DNA from: Leucoraja ocellata
Taxonomy: Eukaryota
DNA length: 64,000 nucleotides
Assembly (NCBI GenBank): GCA_036785375.1
Contig: JAWMAR010000276.1
Coordinates: 992,001-1,056,000, forward strand
Reading direction: 5' to 3'
Shown: positions 1-10,939 of the stretch, one piece after another
Layout: every line of letters starts with the position of its first letter
Position numbering within the stretch: position 1 is the first letter of the stretch
Made by a program: the position numbers and the translations under genes
Notes under the pieces: model-generated
Databases searched by the model: none
Seen by the model: only the letters and a program-made list of their open reading frames with translations
What the model was told of the DNA's origin: nothing

Positions 1-395
1 ATTCCCGATAGGCAAACATATGTTTTGGATCAAGTATTTATTGAATGATCACTTTTCATTTGACAGCAGGATTTGATAATTTACTTAATCAGACGCAGTT
101 CACAACACCTCGGTACTATTTGAGGCACCTCCAGCAACATAATCTCAAATGCAGATTCAAAAAATGTACTTGTTATCTTCAACCCAGAGCAAAAGATCCT
201 AAATTGTAAAAGATAAAACGCAATCTGAATAAACATCCCTGAACTTAGTCAATACCTAAAGATGGTTGATTTTTTTTTAAATTACAGGATAATTCATTAC
301 TTATTGCATGAATTTTAATTTTTTATTCACTTGAATTTGTAATCAATCACCGCAATATCACTCAGTAAATTAATTCCCACATCAATGCCAATGGT

Positions 396-856
396 TTCAT
401 AAGTTCAAGGAGCAGAATTAGGCCATTCGGTCCGTCATGCCTACTCCGCCATTCAATCATGGCTGATCTAACTCAACACCATTCTCCTGCCTTCGCCCCT
501 TCAACTGTACTAATGAAGAATCTGTCAGTCACCAACTTAAAAATATCCACTGACTTGGCCTCCACAGCCATCTGTGGAAATGAATTCCTCAGATTCACCA
601 TCGTCTGACTAAAGTAATTCTTTCTCATCTCCTTTCTAAAGGTACACCCTTTTATTCTGAGACTATGGCCTCTTGTCCTAGACTCTCCCACTAGCATAAA
701 CATCCTCTCCACGTTCACTCTATCCAGGCCTTTCACTAGTCAGTAAGTTTCAATTAGGTCCCCCCTCATCCTTCTAAATTACCGTGAGTACAGGCCCAGT
801 GCCGTCAAACGCTCATCATATGTTTAACCCAATCATTCCCTGGATCATTCTCGTAA
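396..856 (-). mobile_element. CR1 LINE 3' fragment
   Basis: ORF 473-736 (GESRTRGHSLRIKG...NYFSQTMVNLRNSFP) is the CR1 ORF2 C-terminus, followed by a typical elasmobranch CR1 3' UTR. Confidence 0.85.
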
Positions 857-3039
857 AGTCTGGTAGATTTTTTGGTATAGGCTGGTATATGAAGGAATGT
901 TATAAGCTAGTGGGCACCTGCTCCTCTCCTGGGCATTAGCTGCTTGGTTTGTTTTCCCATGTTGTTCATGAAGAATTACTGTAAATTAACTGATCACCAA
1001 GCCCCACATTTGGGAAATCAACAAAAGGACTGCACCAGTCACGTGAACTCAATCCTAAAGACGACAGGAGACCAGAACTATTGCTGACTGGCACATGGTC
1101 TCAAGGGTCAATCATGGGCTGGATTTTGAAGCAACGAGAGAACTAACATCCTTCTCCACTCACCTAGATTCCACAAAGACCTACAGCTACCCACAAGGAC
1201 CTGGCAATCTCTGTAGTTTGGGTTTATTTTCCGAACATTGGTCACTGACGAGATTCAATTTGAAAAGATCTCTAGTTTTCAACAATGGCGATGTTATTAA
1301 AAAAAACAGAGAACTAATCTCACTGAAGAATGTCCATAGTCAGAAAATCAGGATGTAACAAGCACAATTTTAATGAAACATCCTAAAGAGCACAAATTAA
1401 AGAATTTAAGAAAAGAGCTGTAATTTCATAGTTGAGACGTTCAAATAATTATTTTGGAAATATTTTCTGAATGAATATCAATTGACACATACATTTTTAT
1501 GGCCATGGCCAGAAAGGCTATTTCGCAGAAAAATATGACTTTGTATGCACATTAATAATAGTTAGAATGCCACCTTGCAACAGTCCGTCACTTTCAGATG
1601 GTTTTCTTCACCAAGAATAATTCCTAAGTACCCTTGGTTCTGTTTTCATCAAAGAACACAATGGAGATGGTCACAAAATAGATAACACTGCAGAGGAGCA
1701 TGGAGTTACTAACTACATTTTCCTGTCTACAATAACACGCATGGTCATTATCGGGTTTCCTACAAGATCAGCACAGAAAGCTTTACTTATTGTCATTGAC
1801 TGTACGTCTGACCTCTTTCTAACTCAGAATCTTATTCGAATTTGACAGCATAAATTGGGGAAAGATGAGGGTGAGAATGGAATTATTCGGACTAACATAC
1901 AATCATTGTTTTTAGCACCAATTCCAGCAATTATGAGAAGATAAAGAGCTTGATATTTGTGCTGACACTAAAATTCCTCTGATCTGTCTTTCAAAATATA
2001 TCTTCTGCTTCATGACATTGTTAACTGTGTTTCTCTAGTTGTGGACACAGGAAAGGTAACCACGAGTTTGCTTCATAACCCTAGTAGGTTATGACTAGCC
2101 ACCTAAAATAAGGAATGTTAATGAAACCGATTAAAGATAAAGGTATTTATTAATATATACAGGTATATATATATATATTTGCTGAAATTATGGTTGTTCA
2201 ATTTATTAAGATTTGATTAGTGACTATGATCTCAACTGTCATAATTATGTTTTACTTTAAAAAACATTTCTAATATTGGATAAGACATGGTTTTAAACTA
2301 CCACATAAATCTTAAGTAATAAATTACATTTTTTATTTATTTCCTTATGTAGGAAACTAAACTAAATATTTTGGAAAATCAGTTTCATTTTGTTCAATTT
2401 CTTTATCTCCCTCTCTTTGTGTATGGTAGGAACTGAAAACTTATTCTAAAGTGATTTTATCTTTCATCATCAGCCCAACATTGTAATGTCTTTCATTCAC
2501 TTGGAATTGTTTTGGAAAACTTACAATGATAAAAAGTTGCTGTATAAACTACACCTTCTGGTTGTCATCTGCATCATCACCTTAGCCACCAGATTCTCTC
2601 GATTAAACCACAATTCTCTGGCACACTGCGGCGCTCAGATCACCATCTCACCTTATTGGAGTACATGTGGCGCCTGTGATTCTGCTGCAAGAAAGATTTT
2701 CACTGCAGCTGCACCTCACTGTACTTGTGCAAATGACATTAAACCTGACTTGACAATCTCTTCAAGGTCTTAGGTTGACCTGTCTAGTCATTCACAGTCG
2801 GTCACCAATGCTTCAGGTCGATTTTATGTAAATATGATGAGCTACAGATGCAATGAAAATCTCTGCTTGCAGCAGCATACACCAAAATATGAATTGTATA
2901 TAAATTACACATAAATGCCACAGGACAGCAAAAAGAATGATTGTAAAAATCGAGCCATTGGTTCAATCACGTGGAAGATAAGTCCATGGTAGTGCAAGAA
3001 GTGGTCCTTAGTGATCCTTCGCTGAGGTAGGATTAGAGT

Positions 3040-3449
3040 CAGAAGGTCATGACACAACCCTCCCCCTCCTTCCCCCTTAAACCCTTCTTTTTTCCCTCTC
3101 CCCTTCTCCCCTGTGCTCCACCTGGATCTGCACTTATTTCTCCCCTCCTCCTCCCCATCAACTTACATTCTTTCTTCTAGCTTCATAATTCGCAACTCTT
3201 CAATCCTTTTGTCTCACACCTTCTGTCATTCCATCTCTGGCCTTTGTCCACCCATCTGCCTATCAAATAACTCTCCTCATCAGTGTTGGCCTATTACCTG
3301 TCAAGCTTTTTCCTGCCACTCCTCTCTTCCAGCTTTCTTCCCCTAACCCCTTCTTACAATCAGTCTGATGAAGGATCCTGACCTGAAATCCATGTTCTCC
3401 TGAGATGCTGCCTGACCCGCTGAGCTACTCTAGCACACTGTGTCTTCTC
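3040..3449 (+). mobile_element. Penelope-derived terminal fragment inserted in an older LINE remnant
   Basis: Pyrimidine-rich tract, then CTGATGA...GAAA and the gagatgctgcctgacccgctgag module; flanked by taggattagagt (3028-3039) and tagtattagagt (3450-3461). Confidence 0.6.
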
Positions 3450-4344
3450 TAGTATTAGAGTTATACAGTTCACTTCAAGAACCTGATGGTTGTAGTAAAG
3501 GAGCTGTCTCTGAACCTATGGTGAGGGATTTTTGTGTAAATCACAAACCAAAGAAAATTATCTGTCAGCTGATAGTCGTGCTTCAGTGAAAGCACCCCTA
3601 CCACTTAGTCAAAACAAGTCCCCCTTTGGAGATGTGACTGTATATAGTTTGCTGACATTCCAGTGCACTGCTGAGGGCTGCATCGTTCAAGGAGTCAACT
3701 TTTGAATAAAATGCTTAACCAAGCTGACCTTTGCCCTCTATAGAAGGACATTATCTATGGTCCATGCTCAAAGGAGATACTCTTTGGTCTTGGTCAACAA
3801 TCAATACTGCTAAATAAAATTATTATTAGGCCATATATCTCAAGGCTATTGGCTGACATTACTGTGTGAAAATTAAGTGGCATTAGTCCCTAAAAGGAGA
3901 GACTTCTATTTATATGGTGTCTTTCTTGACCTCAGGAGATAAAACAAAAATACATTGCATGTTCCAAATAGTTTACAGTTACAGTACTGTTATAGTGCAA
4001 CAAGCACAGCAGTTAAATCGTTACACAAGGCCCACAATGAGCAATGTGTTAATGACAAGGTAATGTTGATGCATGGACAATTCTAGGCCAGACCAGGAGA
4101 GATAATTACCTTGCTCTTTGTGAGGCTGCCATAGGATCTTTAATAATATGGAAAAGATAGCCCACACTTCCTCGTTACTGCACTGCAGTGTTTGACAAGA
4201 TTCAATTGTCAAATATTGCTGAGAAATAAAGAGTCATAGAGAGCTACACCATGGAAACAAGCCCAACAGCTAATTGAGTCAGCACCTACCATCAACCGCC
4301 CATTTACCCTAATCCTATATGAATCCCATTTTTATCCACCATAC

Positions 4345-4560
4345 AAGTCAAGTCAAGTCACATTTAATTATATAGCACATTTAAAAAACAACTCTCGTTG
4401 GCCAAAGTGCTTTACATTTGTTATAAGAATAGCACAACAAAACAAACTACATACATATATACATGTAGCCCTCACTCAGAGGACGTCAGGAAAGGCTTGG
4501 GAGTATAGATAAGTCTTTAGTCTTGACTTAAAAGAGTCGATGGAGGGGCAATTCTGATGG
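4345..4560 (-). mobile_element. L2-like LINE 3' end
   Basis: (aagtc)n tail followed by tatatagcacattt...aaagtgctttaca, the typical reverse-strand L2 3' terminus. Confidence 0.55.
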
Positions 4561-4984
4561 GATCTCTGATCATCTCCCCCTGTGATTCTATCAATCCCCT
4601 AGACACCAGGAACAATTTACAGTGGCCAGTTAACTTCAATTAAAAGGAAATGCTGCAAATATTTAGCAGGTTTCATGGAATCTATAGGCAGTAAAAGACA
4701 GTTAATCGTCCTAGAATAATATAGCACAGAAACAAGCCCTTCAGCACAGCTCGAATGTTCCAAGTTGAAAAATTTAATGCAAGGTCATTAACATGAAATA
4801 TTAACTGTTTCACTCCACATTGAAGTTGCCTGCCATGTGGAATATTTCCAGTATATTCATTTTCACCATGCCAGATTAACATGATGTAATTTCTGGAGTG
4901 GAATTGAATATGTAAATTCCTGCCTCAGGGGCGCCACCAACTGAGTCACAGCTGACATTGCATGTCAATTGCACTAAGTTCAAC

Positions 4985-5225
4985 AGAGACACAAGGAACC
5001 GCAGATGCTGGAATCTTGAGTAAAACACAAAGTACTCGAGTAATGCAGCAGGCTAGGCAGCATCTGTGGAGGGAATGGATAAGTAATATTTCAGATTGTG
5101 ATCCTTCTTCAGATCCAATCTTCTTCAGACTGGGTCTGAAGAAGGGTCCCGACCCGAAATGTTACCTATCCATTCCCTCCTCAGAAGCTGCCTGATCCGC
5201 AGGGTTATTCCAGCGCTTTGTGCGT
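4985..5225. mobile_element. Head-to-head inverted pair of Penelope-derived short repeats
   Basis: Minus copy about 4985-5130 and plus copy about 5131-5225, meeting at tcttcagac tgg gtctgaaga. Confidence 0.7.
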
Positions 5226-6983
5226 TACATTCAGTTTGGTCGTCAGTTCAAGATCTCTCACTGTTCGAGAGTCCAATCCAAGCTCACACTCATAATGATC
5301 TGTTTGAAAACTTGCCAAGCCGTGTCTCAGTTTTCAAGATCATTGTTCATTCTTCAGTCATCAGGGCAGGACAGCCACAAACACTTGCTTTGCATCAATA
5401 ATCAAAGCACAAGGTCATTACCAAATTACCAAGGCAACAAAGTATGAACAATCTTTGAGGATTAATCTCCAGAAATTGGCTTTATTTTCACCGCAGAAAT
5501 ATTAACGAGGTGGTGAGAAAAAATATTTTGACCAGCAAGCAACATAGCTTATTCTGCCTGGTATAAAAGCAGAACATTCTAAAAAATACTCAGCTGGCCA
5601 AGCAATGTCTGTCGAAAGAGAAATACTTAAAGTTTCAGGTCTGAGATCCTTCATGAAAAATGTTCCCTATGTCCCCAGAGAGGCTGCCTGACCTGCAAAG
5701 TGGTTCTTGAATTTTGTTTTTATTTCCGATTTCCAGCATCTCCAGTTGTTTGATGTTCGTTATTGTGATGGGCATTCACAGACATGATTGTAACTTGTGA
5801 ACATAAAGAGTATGTCCATTCGATACCTCAGCAGTATTTCTCTTCCTTCCCATTAACACAGAGAGTGACTGTACTTTGGAACAGTTTACCACATGGTGCA
5901 TGAAAACTAATCTCCCTGCAGTTCTTCAAAAGGGAACTGGACAAATTCTTAAGAAGTTTAAAGAAAATTAAAAATACTGATTCCGGACATCTGAAATAAA
6001 AGCTGAAAACATTGGAAATACTGAATAGGTCAGGCATCACAGTGCTGCAAGGTCTGATGAGTATTTCCAGCATTTTCTTATTTTTATTTCAAATTAAAAA
6101 AAAATAATAATTAATTTGGTAGATTAGAAAGTAACTAGAAACAGTGAGTTGGTGATGGATATCCTTTTAATGTGCACTGCCACCTGCTTCACTAATAAGG
6201 AGCCCAAAGAAGGGTCTCGACCCGCAACGTCACCTATCCATGTTCACCAGAGATGCTGCCTGACCTGCTGAGTTACTCCAGCAATTTGTGTCCACAGGAT
6301 TATCAGTTTGCTGGAGTTCATTTACATTCTTGTAATTCATTGTGGTTATCTACCAGTTTGCTGCCTTACCTTTGTCTGGCATCATGTCGATTCTCACCTA
6401 CTGATCTTCTTGGAATCATGTATTGATACATTACAATGCAATGAGTAGGATTCCCTACTTTATTGTGTTTGTTTAGACACTGGCAGATAAAGTCACCACT
6501 GATCCACAGGATCCACAAGCTCCGATGACAGAAATGGTCAATTAGGTTGAATACTGGGGCCTACCATAAACCTTAAATATTTAACACTGCTTTATACGTC
6601 CAAAACCAAGGTACAAATGTCACCTGTCCATTGGCCCCTAACTAATATTCTACTGCCAGTTTACAACAAAGATTCAAATATATTTTACACCAATGTTATA
6701 ACATTGCTGCACAAGGGCATTGACCTTACCAATGCAGAATATACCCAACAATTTGAAAATATGTTGAAAGTAACTTTAAGTGAATCAGATAATTCAAATG
6801 TGGACAGCTCCAAAATCATAATAAACAAATTCCATGACCACTTTATGGTACATTGCCAATATATCAGCTGAAATGTCTCCAGAGTCAGAAATATTTGCAA
6901 TCCTTTGGTAAAAAAAATCCTTCTCATCCTCTTATTTTGAGAGTGTGACTACATTTCTGGACACCCCAGCCAGGGAAAATATC

Positions 6984-8076
6984 CTAATACAGAAAAATTA
7001 ATATCTTATATATATAATATCTTATTAGATAGTGACATTCCTTTGACGGACTTACACAGACAAGCATGGGAAAAAGAATTAAACCAGGTAATAACGAAAG
7101 ACACTTGGGAAGAAAGTCTACAACACATACATCAATGTTCACTAAACGCGAGACATTCTCTAATACAATTTAAAGTAATACATAGGTTACACTACGCCAA
7201 AACAAAATTACATAAAATTTTTCAACATATCTCACCTATATGTGATAAATGTCAACATTTAGAAGCTACGTTATCGCACATGTTTACAAACTGTACAAAA
7301 ATTAAAAAATTTTGGGTAAATATTTTTAGTATAATATCCAAAGTAATCAACACACAACTGGAACCCAACTCAAAATTAATAATACTCGGAATATTAGAAT
7401 CAAATCAAACACTTAGAATAACACAAAGAAACTTTATCGATTACAGTTTAATAACAGGAAAAAAATTAATCCTAAAATTTTGGAAAGGCCCTACGGCCCC
7501 CACAATCAAAATGTGGATTATAGAAATGACGGAGACCTTAAACATGGAAAGAATCAGATTTTCCCTGTTGGATAAACAGGAATTATTCGTTGGAACATGG
7601 TCTCCTTTTATTGATTATTTAAAGGGTCAGAATAGTTCAGCACAGGAACCTGACTAGCACCCGGACTAAAGATTGGATGAAATGCTATACTTCGAAATGT
7701 ACGAACATATCTCGAATGATGTTTTTAAACTTTAACAAATTTTTCCATTCTTCTTCAATTACCTCTTTCACTCCTTTTCCTTTTTTTATTTTTTATTTTA
7801 GTTTTCTTTTTCCTTCTTCCCTCTCTCTATTTCATCTATCCCTTTAGCCCTATCTAGTTATAAAAAAAAAAACGAAGAAAAATGCAAAAAGTATTGGAGA
7901 CAATGTAATAATAACTGACAATATTATCAATTTAAAAATGATGTAACAATGATGTAATAGATGTAATAGATCATGTACCTATCTCCAATAATAAAAAATT
8001 AAATACAAAAAAAAAAATAAAAAAAATTAAAAAAAAAAAAAAAATAAAAATAAAAAAAAAATAAAAAAAAAAAAAA
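6984..8076 (+). mobile_element. 5'-truncated, young L1/Tx1-type LINE
   Basis: Frame is open from the 5' junction to TAG at 7657 and includes a CCHC knuckle (CDKC...HMFTNC); 3' UTR; A-rich tail 7989-8076; TSD ggaaaatatc at 6974-6983 and 8077-8086. Confidence 0.9.
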
Positions 8077-8205
8077 GGAAAATATCAACTTAGCATCAAT
8101 CATGTCAAGTTTCTAATTTTCACATTTCAGTGAGCTCACCTGCATTCTTCTAAATTCTGCATGGTATAATCTCCACAGTTGTCAACCTGGTAAACCTTTA
8201 TTACT

Positions 8206-9357
8206 GAAGATGGGCACAAAAAGCTGGAGTAACTCAGCGGGACAGGCAGCATCTCTGGAGAGAAGGAATGGGTGACGCTTCAGGTCGTGATCCTTCTTCA
8301 GATTGGTTCGGGATAAGGGAAACAAGACATATAAAGACAATGAAGTGGAGAGATAAAGAACAATGAATAAAAGATATGCCAAAAAGTAACGATGATAAAG
8401 GAAACAGGCCATTGTTAGCTATTTGTAGGGCGAAAACCAGAAGCTAGTGCGACTTGGATGGGGGAGGGATAGAGATAGAGGGAATGCCTGGGCTACCTGA
8501 AGTGAGAGAATCAATATTCATACCACTGGGCTGCAAGCTGCCCAACCTAAATATGAGATGCTGTTCCTCCAGTTTGCATTTACCCTCACTAGTCACTGTC
8601 AATGGAGGAGACCGAGGACAGAAAGGTCTGTGTAGGAATGAGAAGGAAATTTAAAATCTTCGGCAACCGGGAGATCAGGTAAGTTCAGGCGGGCTGAGCA
8701 AAGGTATTCGGCGAAACGATCGCCCAGTCTACTTTTGGTTTCGCCGATGTATAAGTCCACATCTTGAACAACGGATACAGTAGATGAGGTTGGATTAAGT
8801 ACAGGTGAACTTCTGCCTAACCCGAAAGGTCTGTTGGGGTCCCTGGACAGAGTTGAGGGAGGAGATTTAGCGACAGGTGGTGCATCTTCTGCTGTTGCTG
8901 GGGATGGTACCAGGGGAGGGTGTGGTTTGGGTGGAAAGGGATGAGTTAACCGGGGACTTGCGGAGGGAACGGTCTCTGCAGAAGGCAGAAAGGGGTGGAG
9001 ATGGGAAAATGTGGCTAGTGGTGGCGGAAAATTTGGAGCATTATGTGTTGTATGCGAAGGTAAGGACTAGCGGAACTCTGTCTCTGTTGCGACTATGAGG
9101 AGGCGGAGCAAGGGCGGTGCTCGGGGTACCGAGGAGACACGAGTGAGGGTCTCATTTATGATGCGAGAGGAGAACCCCCGTTCAAAGATTGAGGACAACT
9201 CAAATGTCCTGGTATGGAACACCTCATCTTGGGCGCAGATGCGGTGTAGACGGAAGAATTGGGAGATGGGGATAGAGTCTTTGCAGGAAGCAGGGTGGGA
9301 AGAAGTGTAGTCGAGGTAGTTGTGGGAGTCAGTGGGTTTGTTACTTTATTACATTAT
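8206..9357 (-). mobile_element. Penelope-like element 3' portion (RT tail, GIY-YIG remnant, terminal repeat)
   Basis: Minus strand about 8640-8830 reads ...NLIYCIRCSRCG.YIGETKSRLGDRFAE..., a degenerate GIY-YIG domain; TSD taaacctttattact at 8191-8205 and 9358-9372. Confidence 0.85.
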
Positions 9358-10739
9358 TAAACCTTTATTACTTATCTCTTTATCCCAATACTTCCTTCTT
9401 TAATGAGGTCAGACCTGTACACATGGTTCTTGCTATAGTCACACCATGGATCTATATAACTGCAGTAAAATATTTCCACTCTCTATTTAATCTCTTGAAA
9501 TAAAGGCCAGAATACCGTTTACCTTCTTAAATGCTTAGTACATCTGCATGCTAACTTCCAGTGATCCGTGTACAAGGACACTGAGGTTACTCTGAATAGC
9601 AAAACCTTTTAATCTTGCGACTTTTTTCCCACCAAAATGGATAATGTGTCATTTTTCCAGGTTACATTCCATCTGCTTTTCTGGTCTCTATTCCCTTAAC
9701 GTATCAATATCTTCCTGGACCCGCTCAGCATCCACTTCAATTAAGTCAGCTAGTCTTGTGCTTTCAGCCAACGTGGATACATTAGCTTGTCCAGGTCAAT
9801 CACATCTCCGACAAAGCTCAACCATGGATGTAGGGAGGTTGCAAGGCAGTCGAGGTCACGACCCGTGATCCGTACTGTTGCCACGCAACGCCATCTGGAG
9901 TACACGCGGTGAACGTCAAGTAAGCACTTACTATGGCTGCCAGTACAGCCGGACCGTCTTCTATCCCAGCATGCGGACTCCACGATGACTGGTTCCACAC
10001 TCGCGGACCCCGGGCCGTCTGTCCCCGCGGCCGGGGGGGGGGGGGGGGGGGGGGTGTCGAGGGGGGTGGTGTCGGTGTATTGACCATTTCGGCGGTTTTA
10101 ACAAGTAAGAAAGTACGCATTTCATGTGTTAACTGTGTATGCCAGAGGCTGCCATGTCCTCCAGAAGGATTGAGCTGCTCCCTGTGTCACGCCCTTTGAC
10201 CCGATGACCTTAAGTGCAACCCCCCTAAATCATACTTCATACCTTCATTTCAATTATCATGTTTGGGATAACTAGACCACACCATGAACCCTGTAGCACC
10301 CCACTGGTTGTTGTCCTCAAACCCAGTTATTACCTTTTTATTCCTAGGATCTGTTTTCTATCTGTTAACGAATCCTCAATCCATGCCCTCCAAACTACGT
10401 TATCTAATAGCTTCTTGTATGGTGCCTAAATTCAGTAATCTATTTTTACTCCAGATTCCAGCATCTGCAGGCCCTGGTTCACCTTTATCCAGTCTGCTGC
10501 CAACCAAAGATCTTTGCTGACAACTGCGACCTCAGAAAAAACAGACTTGTCCAACGGGTGTGACTTCCTTTCATCCCATTGTTGTGTTTTGTGCTCTGTT
10601 GCGGCTTTCTTAATCATAAACTCCAGAATTGTCCTGACCACTGATATCGCCAACTGTCCCTCTCCTCTTTTAAATGGTCGCTTTACATGCGCCACTTTCT
10701 ATAGTATCTTTGCTGTCTAATTTGTGGACTCGTCCTGAA

Positions 10740-10885
10740 TGATTCGATCGACGTTTGATTTGCATCCCTGGAGGAATGGGCACGAACACGACTGGAGGTG
10801 CAGATCGACGATCGATTAACGGCACTGGAGGAATAGCTCGGTATTTGATTGGTCGCGCTGGAGGAATAGAAGCAAGATGGCGGCG
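10740..10885 (+). promoter_or_regulatory. GTF3C6 CpG-rich promoter/5' UTR
   Basis: CpG-rich; octamer ATTTGCAT 10758-10765; inverted CCAAT (gattgg) about 10847; YY1-type AAGATGGCGGC over the ATG. Confidence 0.6.
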
Positions 10886-10939
10886 CAGGTCGCTGGGAAG
10901 GCGCTGTCGCCGGGGGAGGACGTCGACTGGGAAGAGGAG
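10877..10939 (+). CDS. GTF3C6: GTF3C6 exon 1 (MAAQVAGKALSPGEDVDWEEE)
   Basis: ATG in a good context; donor GAG|gtgagg. Confidence 0.9.

Noticed and set aside
10033-10070. Long G run / poly-Pro ORF and G-quadruplex candidate
   Set aside because: Homopolymer length is unreliable and similar runs occur in repeats; no supporting evidence
10520-10700. Possible coding exon upstream of GTF3C6
   Set aside because: Looks like a highly decayed CR1 RT segment
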